This document shows positions 48,917-58,149 of a stretch of 64,000 nucleotides of DNA, piece by piece (the first letter of the stretch is position 1; each line of letters begins with the position of its first letter). Position numbers and translations under genes: made by a program. Source of the stretch: an uncultured Actinomycetota bacterium (GTDB lineage Bacteria; Actinomycetota; Actinomycetes; Actinomycetales; Angustibacteraceae); contig CAWFLV010000002.1 of assembly GCA_963816695.1 (NCBI GenBank), positions 31,667 through 95,666 of the forward strand. Reading direction: 5' to 3'. The notes under the pieces were generated by a model. It worked only from the letters and a program-made list of their open reading frames with translations. It made no database searches and had not been told where the DNA came from.

Positions 48917-50811
48917 GCGCCCTCGCCTGGGCGGCACGGGTCGCGGTGCTCGCGCCCGCGGCAGCGGCTTTGGCCGGCACGATGGTGCGGCGCGGCGACC
49001 GGCGCGCGGCGGCCGGCATCGCCGTGGGCGGTGCGGCGCTCGCGCTCGTCGCGGCCGTCGTCGAGCTGGCCACCGCGGGGGACGTCCGCGGCGTGACGCT
49101 GCTCGGGTCGGTGCCCACCGGCGCCGGCACGCTGCACCTGGACCTGCGCGCCGACCGGCTCAGCGCCGTGGTCGCCGTGATGGTGGCGGTGGTCGCGCTG
49201 TGCGTGCAGCTCTACTCGACCGCCTACCAGGCGAACGACCGCCGCTACCGCGCGTTCGCCGCCACGGTGTCGCTGTTCACCGCCGCCATGCTGCTCGTCG
49301 TGCAGGCCGACGACCTCGTCCTGCTGCTCATCGGCTGGGAGGCGATGGGCCTGTGCTCGTACCTGCTGGTGGGGCACGAGAGCGAGCGGGAGGCGGCCCG
49401 GGCCGCGGCGGTCAAGGCGTTCCTCGTCACGCGCGTGGGCGACGTGGCCTTCGTCGTCGGCATCGTGGTGCTGTGGGTGGCCGGTGGCACGACGAGCATC
49501 CACGCCCTGCTGCGGCCGGCGACTCTCGACGCGATCGGCACCCCGACCCTGACTGCCGCAGCGGTTCTGCTCGTGGTAGGGGTGGTCGGCAAGTCGGCGC
49601 AGTTCCCCTTGCACACGTGGCTGCCGGACGCCATGGAGGGCCCCACACCGGTGTCCGCGCTGATCCACGCGGCCACGATGGTCGCGGCCGGCGGAGCGGT
49701 GCTGGCGCGCCTGCTGCCGCTGCTGCTGCACGCCCCGGCCGCGCGGGCGACGCTGGCCGTCGTCACCGCGGTGACGATGCTCGGCGCAGCGCTCGTGGCC
49801 CTCGTGCAGACCGACCTCAAGCGGGTGCTGGCCTGGTCGACGATCAGCCAGGTCGCCTACCTGCTCGCGGCCCTCGCCGTCGTGCCCGCCGCCCTGGGGG
49901 CCGCGCCGTCCGTCGTGCACCTGCTCTCGCACGCGGGGTTCAAGGCCCTGCTGTTCCTGTCCGCCGGGGCACTCGCGCACCAGGTGCACAGCACCGCGCT
50001 CGGTGACCTCGCCGGTGCCGGCCGGCGCGCCCCGCTCGTGGCGGGACTGTTCACGGTGGGACTGGCCTCGCTGGCCGGGCTGCCCCCGCTGTCGGGGTTC
50101 TGGTCGAAGGAGGCCGTGCTCGGCGCCGCCGAGCAGGGCACCGAGGGGCCGTACGCCTGGGCCGCCTGGCTGGTGCTGGTCGTCGGCCTGGTCACCGGGC
50201 TGGTCACCGCCGCCTACTGCGGACGCACCTGGTGGCTGGTCGTGCGCGAGAGCCGCCCGCAGGCGCACCGCGACATGGCCGAGGTCGGCGACGACTCCGG
50301 TGCGCAGGCGGCCGCCGCGGGCGCGGTCACCGTCACCCCCGTGCCGGTGGCCATGACCGTGCCGCTGCTGGTGCTCGCCGTGCCGGCACTGGCCGGCGGC
50401 CTGCTGCTGCTCGGCCCGGTGCCGCCCGGGCACGTCCACCTGGGCTGGTCGACCGCCGTGCTCGCCGGCCTGCTCGCCGTGCTGGGAGCCGGTGGCGCGC
50501 TGCTGCTCGCGCGGCGCGTCGGCGACCCCGCGAGCCTGCTGCCCGACCCGGTGCAGCGCGTGCTCGCCGCCGGGTTCGGCGTCGACGCCGCCCAGCACGT
50601 GCTCGTCGTGCGCCCGGCCCGCGCCCTGGCCCGGGTGGTGACGTCCGGCGACCGCGACGTCGTCGACGCCTACGTGCGTGGCGCCGCCACCGCCGGTCGC
50701 TGGGCGGGCACGGCCCTGCGGCGCACCCAGACCGGCGGCGCCACCGGCTACCTGACGTGGGTCGTCGCGGGCGGCGTCGTCGCCGCGCTCGTGGGGGTGG
50801 GGCTGCGATGA
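48913..50811 (+). CDS. nuoL: NADH-quinone oxidoreductase subunit L, second copy
   Basis: WEAMGLCSYLLVGH and [35 protein letters not shown] are present. GTGA overlap with nuoK2. Confidence 0.9.
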   Translation: MSALAWAARVAVLAPAAAALAGTMVRRGDRRAAAGIAVGGAALALVAAVVELATAGDVRGVTLLGSVPTGAGTLHLDLRADRLSAVVAVMVAVVALCVQLYSTAYQANDRRYRAFAATVSLFTAAMLLVVQADDLVLLLIGWEAMGLCSYLLVGHESEREAARAAAVKAFLVTRVGDVAFVVGIVVLWVAGGTTSIHALLRPATLDAIGTPTLTAAAVLLVVGVVGKSAQFPLHTWLPDAMEGPTPVSALIHAATMVAAGGAVLARLLPLLLHAPAARATLAVVTAVTMLGAALVALVQTDLKRVLAWSTISQVAYLLAALAVVPAALGAAPSVVHLLSHAGFKALLFLSAGALAHQVHSTALGDLAGAGRRAPLVAGLFTVGLASLAGLPPLSGFWSKEAVLGAAEQGTEGPYAWAAWLVLVVGLVTGLVTAAYCGRTWWLVVRESRPQAHRDMAEVGDDSGAQAAAAGAVTVTPVPVAMTVPLLVLAVPALAGGLLLLGPVPPGHVHLGWSTAVLAGLLAVLGAGGALLLARRVGDPASLLPDPVQRVLAAGFGVDAAQHVLVVRPARALARVVTSGDRDVVDAYVRGAATAGRWAGTALRRTQTGGATGYLTWVVAGGVVAALVGVGLR

Positions 50812-52382
50812 GCGCCCTGCTCGTGCTGGTGGTGGGGCTCCCGCTCGCCACGGCCCTCGCGCTCGTGCTGGCCCCGCGCCGGCTGGGCGAGGACGTCGCG
50901 CCCGCCGTCGGCGTCGTCGCCAGCTCGGTGACGCTGCTCGCCGCGGTGCTGACGCTGGCCGCGGCGCCCTGGCGCGGCGCCGGCCCCGCGCTCGAGATCG
51001 ACGCCCCGTGGGTGCCGACGCTGGGCGTGCGGCTGCACCTGGCTCTCGACGGCATCAGCCTGCCCCTCGTGCTGCTCACCGCCGGCCTCGGCGTCGCCGT
51101 CACCGTGCACGTCGCCCGCCGGCCACCACACACCGACCCCGAGGCCGCCCCCACGGTGCGCTCGCTCGTCGCCGCGCTGCTGGCGATCGAGGGTGGCGCG
51201 CTGGCGACGTTCACCGCCGCCGACCTCGTGGTCTTCTTCCTCGCCTTCGAGACGGTGCTCGTGCCGATGTGGGCGGTCATCCGGTGGTGGGGCGACCCGC
51301 ACGACGCCGCCGGACGCCGCGACGCCGCGACGCGCTTCGTCCTGTACACCGCGTTCGGCTCGGCCGTCATGCTGCTCGGGCTGCTCGTCGTCGCCCTGGA
51401 CACCGGCACGAGCGACCTCGTGGCGCTCGCCGCTGCGCACGGGCAGGGCATGGGCCGCGCCGCGCAGGTCGTCGCGGCGGGGCTCCTGCTCGGCGGGTTG
51501 GCGGTGAAGGTGCCGGTCTGGCCGCTGCACACGTGGCTGCCCGCAGCGCACACCGCGGCACCGACCGTGGGCTCGGTGCTGCTGGCCGGCGTCCTGCTCA
51601 AGATGGGCAGCTACGGCATGGTGCGGATCGTCGTCCCCGTTCTGCCCCAAGGGTTCTCGGTCGTCGCGCCCTACCTCGCGGCGTTCGGTGTGGTGGGCAT
51701 CGTCTGGGGTGGTCTGGTCTGCCTCGTCGAGCGCGACCTCAAGCGGCTCGTCGCCTACTCGTCGGTGGCGCACATGGGGTTCGTCGCGCTGGGTATCGCC
51801 AGCGGCACGCCGCAGGGGCTGCAGGGAGCGCTGTTCGCCAACGTCGCCCACGGCGTCATCACCTCGCTGCTGTTCCTCGTGGCCGGAGGGCTGAAGGACC
51901 GCACCGGCAGCGGCCTGCTCGCCCGGATCGGCGGCGGCCTGCGCGAGAGCCGGCCGCGGCTGGGCGCGATGCTCGCGTTCGGCTGCGTCGCCGGGCTCGG
52001 CCTGCCCGGCCTGGCGGGCTTCTGGGGCGAGGTGCTCGCCGTCTTCGGCGCCTGGCAGGGACCCCCCGGTGCCAGCACGGCCTACTGGCGGGTGCTCGCC
52101 GTCGTCGCCGCGGCGGGCACCGCGCTCGCGGCGGCCTACCTGCTGCGGGTGCTGCGGCTGGTGTGGCACGGCGTCCCCGAGGCCGAGGCCGAGGCCGCGG
52201 CCGGGGCCGGGGCCGCTGACGCCTCCCCGTGGAGCTCGAGCGACGCGAGCGGGGTCGAGCTGTGGGTCGGCGTGCCCCTCGTGGCCGCGACCGTGGCACT
52301 CGGGCTGTTCCCGTGGCTGCTGCTGCGACTCACCGAGCCCGCGGTGCAGGGCCTGCTGGCGCTGGCCCGAGGGACGGTCTGA
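50808..52382 (+). CDS. nuoM: NADH-quinone oxidoreductase subunit M, second copy
   Basis: FETVLVPMWAVI, KVPVWPLHTWLPAAHTAAPT and AYSSVAHMGF are present. ATGA overlap with nuoL2. Confidence 0.9.
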   Translation: MSALLVLVVGLPLATALALVLAPRRLGEDVAPAVGVVASSVTLLAAVLTLAAAPWRGAGPALEIDAPWVPTLGVRLHLALDGISLPLVLLTAGLGVAVTVHVARRPPHTDPEAAPTVRSLVAALLAIEGGALATFTAADLVVFFLAFETVLVPMWAVIRWWGDPHDAAGRRDAATRFVLYTAFGSAVMLLGLLVVALDTGTSDLVALAAAHGQGMGRAAQVVAAGLLLGGLAVKVPVWPLHTWLPAAHTAAPTVGSVLLAGVLLKMGSYGMVRIVVPVLPQGFSVVAPYLAAFGVVGIVWGGLVCLVERDLKRLVAYSSVAHMGFVALGIASGTPQGLQGALFANVAHGVITSLLFLVAGGLKDRTGSGLLARIGGGLRESRPRLGAMLAFGCVAGLGLPGLAGFWGEVLAVFGAWQGPPGASTAYWRVLAVVAAAGTALAAAYLLRVLRLVWHGVPEAEAEAAAGAGAADASPWSSSDASGVELWVGVPLVAATVALGLFPWLLLRLTEPAVQGLLALARGTV

Positions 52383-53872
52383 TGGGCGTCCCCGCGGTCG
52401 ACTGGCTCGCCATCGCGCCGGCGCTGCTGCCTGCGGCGGCGGCCGTGCTGCTCCTGGTGGTCGACGCCGTCGCGGGCCGCGGCCGCGCCCGCCGGGTGCT
52501 GGACGCCGTGGCGGTGCTCAGCCTGGTGGGCGCTCTCGCGACCCTCGTGCCCCTCGCGAGCGGCACCCGGCGCACGTTCTGCGCGTCCGACGGCCAGTGC
52601 GGCTGGGTCGCCGGCCACCTCACGTTCGCGCTGCAGCTCGTGGTGCTCGTCAGCGCGCTGGTGTGCCTGCTGCTCGCGATCGCCGACCTGGACGCGGCCG
52701 ACCCCGGGACGCGGCGTCCGCGCACCGAGCTGCTCGTGCTGATGCTGTCGGCCACCGCCGGGGCCGCCGCGCTCGCGGCCGCCCGCGACCTCGCGACCTT
52801 CGCGGTGGCGCTGGAGACCGCGTCCCTGCCGCTGGTGGGGCTCGTCGCCATCACCCGCGACCGGCGCGGGGCCGAGGCCGGGGTGAAGCTGCTGCTGACG
52901 GCGGTGCTGTCGTTCGGTCTGCTCGTGCTCGGTGTCGCGCTGCTGTTCGCCTCGACCGGCTCGCTGTTCCTCGGGGCCCCGGTGTCGACCCGGCTCGGCG
53001 ACCTCGGGGTCGTGCACGGCCTGGGGCTGGCGCTGGTGGTGGCGGGGGCCGCGTTCAAGCTCTCGCTCGTGCCCTTCCACCTGTGGACACCGGACACCTA
53101 CGCCGGTGCGCCGCTGCCCGTGGCCGCGTTCCTCGCGACGGTGTCCAAGACCGCAGGGCTGGCCGCGGTGGTGCTCGTGCTGGCCGTCGGCGCGCCCGAG
53201 CGCAGCACGCTGTGGGCCGCCCCGATCGGCGTGCTCGCGGTGGTCACCATGACCGTCGGCAACCTGGTGGCGCTGCGCCAGGACGGCGCCGTCCGGCTGC
53301 TCGCCTGGTCGACCGTCGCGCAGGCGGGCTGGGTGCTGCTGCCGCTGGCCGGCGCGGTGGGCCACGGTCGTGCGCCCGGTGCCGTGTCGGCGTCCGTCGC
53401 CTACCTCCTGGCCTACGTCACCGCCACGCTCACGGCCTTCGCGGTCGTGGTGCGCACCGCGCGGGTGCACCGCGACGGCGAACGGCACCGCCTCACCGCC
53501 TACGCCGGCCTCTGGCGCGAGCAGCCGGCGCTCGCGCTCGTCCTGGCCTTCGCGCTCGTGTGCCTCGCCGGGCTGCCACCGGGCGTGATGGGGCTCGTGG
53601 CGAAGGTCGTGGCCCTCGTTCCGGTGCTGGGTGTCGAGGCCTGGTGGCTCGTCGCCGTCGCCGTGGTCAACGTCGTGCTCGGCGTGGCCGTCTACCTGCG
53701 CTGGGCGGTGCAGGTGTTCTCGCCGCGCGGCGACGACGCGCCGGCGGCGAGCGCGCTGCGCACGCCGGTGGCCGGACGGCTCGCGCTGTCGCTGGCGGCA
53801 GCCGGCTGTGTCGCGCTGTCGGTGCTGCCCGAGGGGCTCATCGGCCTGCTCGGCGGCGCCCCCCTGCACTGA
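52382..53872 (+). CDS. nuoN: NADH-quinone oxidoreductase subunit N, second copy
   Basis: LETASLPLVGL and KLSLVPFHLWTPDTYAGAPLP are present. TGATG overlap with nuoM2. The stop 53870-53872 abuts repeat B copy 2. Confidence 0.88.
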   Translation: MGVPAVDWLAIAPALLPAAAAVLLLVVDAVAGRGRARRVLDAVAVLSLVGALATLVPLASGTRRTFCASDGQCGWVAGHLTFALQLVVLVSALVCLLLAIADLDAADPGTRRPRTELLVLMLSATAGAAALAAARDLATFAVALETASLPLVGLVAITRDRRGAEAGVKLLLTAVLSFGLLVLGVALLFASTGSLFLGAPVSTRLGDLGVVHGLGLALVVAGAAFKLSLVPFHLWTPDTYAGAPLPVAAFLATVSKTAGLAAVVLVLAVGAPERSTLWAAPIGVLAVVTMTVGNLVALRQDGAVRLLAWSTVAQAGWVLLPLAGAVGHGRAPGAVSASVAYLLAYVTATLTAFAVVVRTARVHRDGERHRLTAYAGLWREQPALALVLAFALVCLAGLPPGVMGLVAKVVALVPVLGVEAWWLVAVAVVNVVLGVAVYLRWAVQVFSPRGDDAPAASALRTPVAGRLALSLAAAGCVALSVLPEGLIGLLGGAPLH

Positions 53873-53936
53873 CCCCGATGATCACGTGAAGTGGGCTGCC
53901 CAGCACGTCACGCGGCCCGCACGCCACGTGAAGTGC
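53873..53936 (-). repeat. repeat family B copy 2 (inverted): box-spacer-hairpin
   Basis: CCCCGATGATCACGTGAAG (53873-53891) is the reverse complement of the box. An 11-nt spacer follows. The hairpin GCACGTCACGCGGC-CCGCAC-GCCACGTGAAGTGC spans 53903-53936. Confidence 0.88.
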
Positions 53937-54053
53937 AGGCGAACCGTGCAAAGTCCCCACCGTGAGCGGTCGGGAACGTTGCGGGCCTCCTCGTGCGTTC
54001 CACCGACAGCCGCGGCAGCTCGCCGGGGCGAGGCGCGCGATCGGAAGGGTGAG

Positions 54054-54923
54054 ATGGGCCACCAGCACTTCAACGGGCTGAAGACCGCGGCGCTGCTCGG
54101 CGGGATCTTCGGGCTGCTGCTGATCGTGGGCTCGGTGCTGGCCGGAGGCCGGTTCATCTGGGCCTTCGCGCTGCTGGGCGTCGCGATGACGGCGTACGGC
54201 TACTGGAACAGCGACAAGATCGCGATCCGCGCCATGCACGCGCGACCGGTGAGCGAGGCCGAGCAGCCGGCGATGTACCGCATCGTCCGCGAGCTCTCGA
54301 CGCGCGCGCAGCAGCCGATGCCGCGCCTGTTCGTCTCGCCGACCATGGCGCCGAACGCGTTCGCCACCGGCCGCAACCCGCGCAACGCCGCCGTCTGCGC
54401 CACCGAGGGCATCCTCGCGATCCTCGACGAGCGCGAGCTGCGGGGAGTGCTCGGGCACGAGCTCATGCACGTCTACAACCGCGACATCCTCACCTCCTCG
54501 GTGGCCGCCGCCATCGGCGGTGTCATCACCTCGATCGCCCAGATCGGGCTGTTCTTCGGCGGCGGCTTCGGCGGCAGCGACGAGGACCGTCCCAACCCGG
54601 TCGCCATGCTGCTGATCGCGCTGGCCGCGCCGCTCGCCGCCGTCGTCATCCAGATGGCGATCAGCCGCACCCGCGAGTACGACGCCGACGAGGACGGCGC
54701 GGCCCTCACCGGTGACCCGCTCGCCCTGGCCTCGGCGCTGCGCAAGCTGGAGTCCGGCACGCGCCAGCTGCCGCTGCCGCCGGACCGCGAGCTGGTGAAC
54801 TCCAGCCACCTGTTCATCGCCAACCCCTTCCGGGGCGACGGCTTCTCGCGGCTGTTCAGCACGCACCCGCCCATGGCCGAGCGCATCGCGCGCCTCGAGG
54901 CGGCCGCCGGCTACCGCCGCTGA
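54054..54923 (+). CDS. htpX: zinc metalloprotease HtpX
   Basis: Carries the HELMH zinc motif (GVLGHELMHVYNRD), EYDADEDGA, and the C-terminal STHPPMAERIARLE. The SD GGAAGGGTGAG precedes the ATG. Confidence 0.93.
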   Translation: MGHQHFNGLKTAALLGGIFGLLLIVGSVLAGGRFIWAFALLGVAMTAYGYWNSDKIAIRAMHARPVSEAEQPAMYRIVRELSTRAQQPMPRLFVSPTMAPNAFATGRNPRNAAVCATEGILAILDERELRGVLGHELMHVYNRDILTSSVAAAIGGVITSIAQIGLFFGGGFGGSDEDRPNPVAMLLIALAAPLAAVVIQMAISRTREYDADEDGAALTGDPLALASALRKLESGTRQLPLPPDRELVNSSHLFIANPFRGDGFSRLFSTHPPMAERIARLEAAAGYRR

Positions 54924-54973
54924 CCGGCGTCCGCGGTTTCCGACCGGTCCGGGCTGCTTTGCACGGGCTGCCA

Positions 54974-55040
54974 GCACCTCACGTGGTGTCGACGCCGCGT
55001 GAAGTGGTGGGGAACCTCCTTCACGTGATCATCGGGGGAG
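54974..55040 (+). repeat. repeat family B copy 3: hairpin + 11-nt spacer + CTTCACGTGATCATCGGGGGAG
   Basis: The hairpin GCACCTCACGTGGTG-TCGA-CGCCGCGTGAAGTGG spans 54974-55007. The box spans 55019-55040 and overlaps the last codons and stop of the convergent gene 55029..56309. Confidence 0.88.
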
Positions 55041-56309
55041 GACGGCGTCGGGGGTCACCTCGGCCAAGGACGCGCAGCCGGACAACGCCATGGTGAGCTC
55101 GAGCTCGGCCACCAGGTGCTGCAGGACGGCGGTGACGCCCGCCTCGCCGGCCAGCCCGAGCCCGTAGACCCACGGCCGTCCCACGCCCACCGCGGTGGCT
55201 CCCAGCGCCAGCGCCGCGAACGCGTGCGCACCCGAGCGCACCCCGCTGTCGAACAGCACCGGCACCCGCCCCCCGACCCGGTCGACGACCCCGGGCAGCG
55301 CCGCGAGCGAGGCCACCGCGCCGTCGACCTGCCGCCCACCGTGGTTCGACACCCACACGCCGTCGACGCCGGCGTCCAGCGCCCGGGACGCGTCGTCCGG
55401 GTGCTGGATGCCCTTGAGCACGATCGGCAGCCGGGTGCGTTCGCGCAGCCAGGCGAGGTCCGGCCAGGTCAGGCCCGGGCGGGAGAACACGTCGAGGAAA
55501 GTCTCGACCGCCGCTCGCGGCATCGGCGAGCGGAGGTTCTCGCGCGTGCTGCCGGGGTGGTGACGGGCCATCGACAGCAGGGCTGCGACCGCTGCGGCAG
55601 TAGGGCGCGGGCCCTTCTCAGCAACGGACGACGGCCCCTGCGCCAGCCGCTCACGGACGAGCTCGGCGAACACCGGGTCCGACGTGTACTGCGCGATGCC
55701 CAGGCCGTGCGCGAACGGCAGGTAGGCCAGGTCGAGGTCGCGCGGACGCCATCCGAGCGTGTGGGTGTCCAGCGTGACGACGATCGCCGTGCACCCCGAC
55801 GCCTCGGCCCGCCGTACGAAGCTCTCGGCCAGGTCGTCGCGGTTGCTCCAGTACAGCTGGAACCACCGAGGGCCGCCGCCCGCCGCGGCCGCGACGTCCT
55901 CCATCGACCGGGACGCCTGGCTGGACTGCACCATCGCGAGCCCCAGCCCGGCAGCCGCTCGCGCCACGGCGACGTCCGCGCCCCGGTGCGCCAGCTCGAG
56001 GACGCCGATCGGGCTGAGCAGCACCGGCGCCGGCAGCCGGGCGCCGAACAGGTCGAGCGAGAGGTCAGGGCTCGAGACGTCCCGGAGCATGCGCGGCACG
56101 ATGCCCCAGCGGTCGAACGCCGCGAGGTTGGCGCTCGCGGTGCGTTCCTGGCCGGCCGAGCCGGCGACGTAGGCGAACGCCCGACGCGACATGCGCTGCT
56201 CGGCCGCAGCCTCGAGCGCGGCGGCCGACGTCGGCACGACCGGACGGCGCCCGAACACGCCCGCCCGGAAGATCGCGGCCTGCACGGCCCGCCCGGCGCT
56301 CGTGGGCAC
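55029..56309 (-). CDS. FMN-dependent alpha-hydroxy-acid oxidising enzyme, lactate 2-monooxygenase-like
   Basis: FAYVAGSAGQERT, PRWFQLYW, VVTLDT and VSNHGGRQ are glycolate-oxidase-family motifs. A long inserted loop is present, as in lactate monooxygenases. Confidence 0.85.
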   Translation of the reverse strand: MPTSAGRAVQAAIFRAGVFGRRPVVPTSAAALEAAAEQRMSRRAFAYVAGSAGQERTASANLAAFDRWGIVPRMLRDVSSPDLSLDLFGARLPAPVLLSPIGVLELAHRGADVAVARAAAGLGLAMVQSSQASRSMEDVAAAAGGGPRWFQLYWSNRDDLAESFVRRAEASGCTAIVVTLDTHTLGWRPRDLDLAYLPFAHGLGIAQYTSDPVFAELVRERLAQGPSSVAEKGPRPTAAAVAALLSMARHHPGSTRENLRSPMPRAAVETFLDVFSRPGLTWPDLAWLRERTRLPIVLKGIQHPDDASRALDAGVDGVWVSNHGGRQVDGAVASLAALPGVVDRVGGRVPVLFDSGVRSGAHAFAALALGATAVGVGRPWVYGLGLAGEAGVTAVLQHLVAELELTMALSGCASLAEVTPDAVLPR

Positions 56310-56316
56310 GGTGGGC

Positions 56317-56805
56317 TCAGCGGTAGTTCGTGAACTGCAGGGCGACGTCCAGGTCGGCGTCCTTGAGCATGCGCTGCACGGCCTGCAGGTCGTCGCGCGA
56401 CTTGCTGGTGACGCGCAGCTCGTCGCCCTGGATGTGCGCCTTCACCGACTTGGGGCCCTCGTCGCGGATCAGCTTGGAGACCTTCTTGGCGTTCTCCTGG
56501 CTGAGCCCCTCCTTCAGGGTCGACTCGATGCGGTACTCCTTGCCGGACGCCTTGGGCTCGCTGCTGTCGAGCGCCTTCAGCGAGACCCCCCGGTGCACGA
56601 GCTTGGTCTGCAGGACGTCGAGCACGGCCTTCGCGCGCTCCTCGCTGTTCGCCTTCACGAGGATCATCTCGCCGCTCCAGCCGACGGAGGCGTCGGTGCC
56701 CTTGAAGTCGTAGCGCTGCGAGACTTCCTTGGCGGCCTGGTTGAGCGCGTTGTCGACCTCCTGGCGGTCGACCTTGCTGACGACGTCGAACGAGGAGTCG
56801 GCCAT
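56317..56805 (-). CDS. yajQ: YajQ-family nucleotide (c-di-GMP)-binding protein
   Basis: 162 aa. [32 protein letters not shown] and the C-terminal LQFTNYR are hallmark YajQ/DUF520 sequence. Confidence 0.92.
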   Translation of the reverse strand: MADSSFDVVSKVDRQEVDNALNQAAKEVSQRYDFKGTDASVGWSGEMILVKANSEERAKAVLDVLQTKLVHRGVSLKALDSSEPKASGKEYRIESTLKEGLSQENAKKVSKLIRDEGPKSVKAHIQGDELRVTSKSRDDLQAVQRMLKDADLDVALQFTNYR

Positions 56806-56918
56806 GGTGTCCTCCTGCGGTGGGGCGTGGCTGGGGATCGGTTTCGGTCTGGCGGGGCGTCCTTGCTATCCTTCCATCCGCCGGATTCCGGAGGCACTTC
56901 GGTGCTCGTGGCCGGCAC

Positions 56919-56999
56919 GGCAGGTTGCCCGAGCGGCCAATGGGAGCGGACTGTAAATCCGTCGCGAAAGCTTCGAAGGTTCGAATCCTTCACCTGCCA
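56919..56999 (+). tRNA. tRNA-Tyr (anticodon GTA), class II with long variable arm
   Basis: Manual cloverleaf. The acceptor stem is GGCAGGT/ACCTGCC. The anticodon stem is GCGGA/TCCGT with loop CTGTAAA. The variable arm is 12 nt. The T-arm is GAAGG-TTCGAAT-CCTTC and the discriminator is A. No CCA is encoded. Confidence 0.9.
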
Positions 57000-57013
57000 C
57001 TGGCTGGACCAGG

Positions 57014-57042
57014 CTCGACCCCCACCTCTGGTGGGGGTCGAG
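57014..57042 (+). terminator. hairpin CTCGACCCCCACC-TCT-GGTGGGGGTCGAG followed by TGCTTTG
   Basis: Perfect 13-bp stem, 15 nt after the tRNA-Tyr 3-prime end, followed by a short T-rich tail. Confidence 0.75.
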
Positions 57043-57169
57043 TGCTTTGCGGGGCGTTCGCCGGCGGATGCTTGGGCCGTGCCGGACCTCGTCCCCCCTG
57101 CAGACCCCGACTCCTCCGGGGTGCGAGAGGTCGAGGCCACCCTCCACGTGCTGCGCGAGAACGAGCAGG

Positions 57170-57196
57170 GTCCGATCACCAGTGTCCGATCACCAG
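57170..57196. repeat. tandem duplication GTCCGATCACCAG x2 (period 14)
   Basis: The unit at 57170-57182 is identical to the one at 57184-57196. The second copy contains the stop codon of the PAP2 gene. Confidence 0.8.
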
Positions 57197-58113
57197 GGCT
57201 GAGAACGGAGATCGTGCCCTGCTGGAGCAGGCGCCGCCACGGCCAGGGACGCCAGGATGCCCAGCAGGACCGCGATCCCGGTGCCCACGATGAGCAGGCC
57301 GGCGACGAGGAAGGCGAGGACCGAGCCGGGCGCGGCGTCTCGGATCCACGCGACGGAGTCCAGGCTCACGCCGAGAGCGAGGCCGAGTCCGAAGGTCCCC
57401 GCGCCCGCAGCGAACAGCCAGCGCGTCGACGGCGGCCACCGGATCTGACGGCTGACCTCCCCCGCCCGGTGGTCGACCAGCACGACGGCGGCGGCGGCGA
57501 TGGCGGTCCACGCACCCACCAGCAGGAACGCCGCCATGGAGTCGCCGGCGCGGTGCCACCCGGCGGACATCGTGGCCAGCGCCGTGACCACCGCGGTCAG
57601 CAGTCCCGCCAGGGACGTCCGGTACCGCCATCGCGCCGGGACGACGAGCAAGAGCGCGGCAACGGCGGAGAACACCGCCGTGGTGTGACCGCTCGGCAGG
57701 CTGTTCAACGTCGCCGGGGACACCTCGGTGAGGCCGAGGTCGGGCCGGTCCAGGACGTAGCGCTTCAGGACCAGGGTCGACAGGTTCGCCGCGCCGAGCA
57801 ACCCCACGGCCGCGAGCCCGGGTGCGCGAGCCAGCCGGACCAGGGCGATCGTCGCCACCAGCGCCAGGGCGGCGAGCAGGGACCCGGCGGACACCACGTC
57901 GAGCACGGCGTCGGCTCCGTCGGCCCAGGCCGCCCGGGTCAGCATGGCGCCGCGCAGCGAGGCGTCTCCGAACAGCCTGCCCTGCTCGGTCCGCACGGTG
58001 ACCAGGTACACCAGGACGAATCCCGAGACACAGCCGACACCGACGAGCACGACACGGACAAGGGCTGGCCAGGTACTCGGTCGGCCGGAGATCCTCACGT
58101 CCACATGGTGCAC
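57190..58113 (-). CDS. PAP2-superfamily phosphatase, membrane protein
   Basis: The acid-phosphatase motifs KRYVLDRP, PSGHT and SAGWHRAGD sit within a polytopic membrane protein. Confidence 0.8.
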   Translation of the reverse strand: MHHVDVRISGRPSTWPALVRVVLVGVGCVSGFVLVYLVTVRTEQGRLFGDASLRGAMLTRAAWADGADAVLDVVSAGSLLAALALVATIALVRLARAPGLAAVGLLGAANLSTLVLKRYVLDRPDLGLTEVSPATLNSLPSGHTTAVFSAVAALLLVVPARWRYRTSLAGLLTAVVTALATMSAGWHRAGDSMAAFLLVGAWTAIAAAAVVLVDHRAGEVSRQIRWPPSTRWLFAAGAGTFGLGLALGVSLDSVAWIRDAAPGSVLAFLVAGLLIVGTGIAVLLGILASLAVAAPAPAGHDLRSQPW

Positions 58114-58149
58114 CCCGACGGCGCGGGCCGTCCGTCCCGCGGACGCTCG

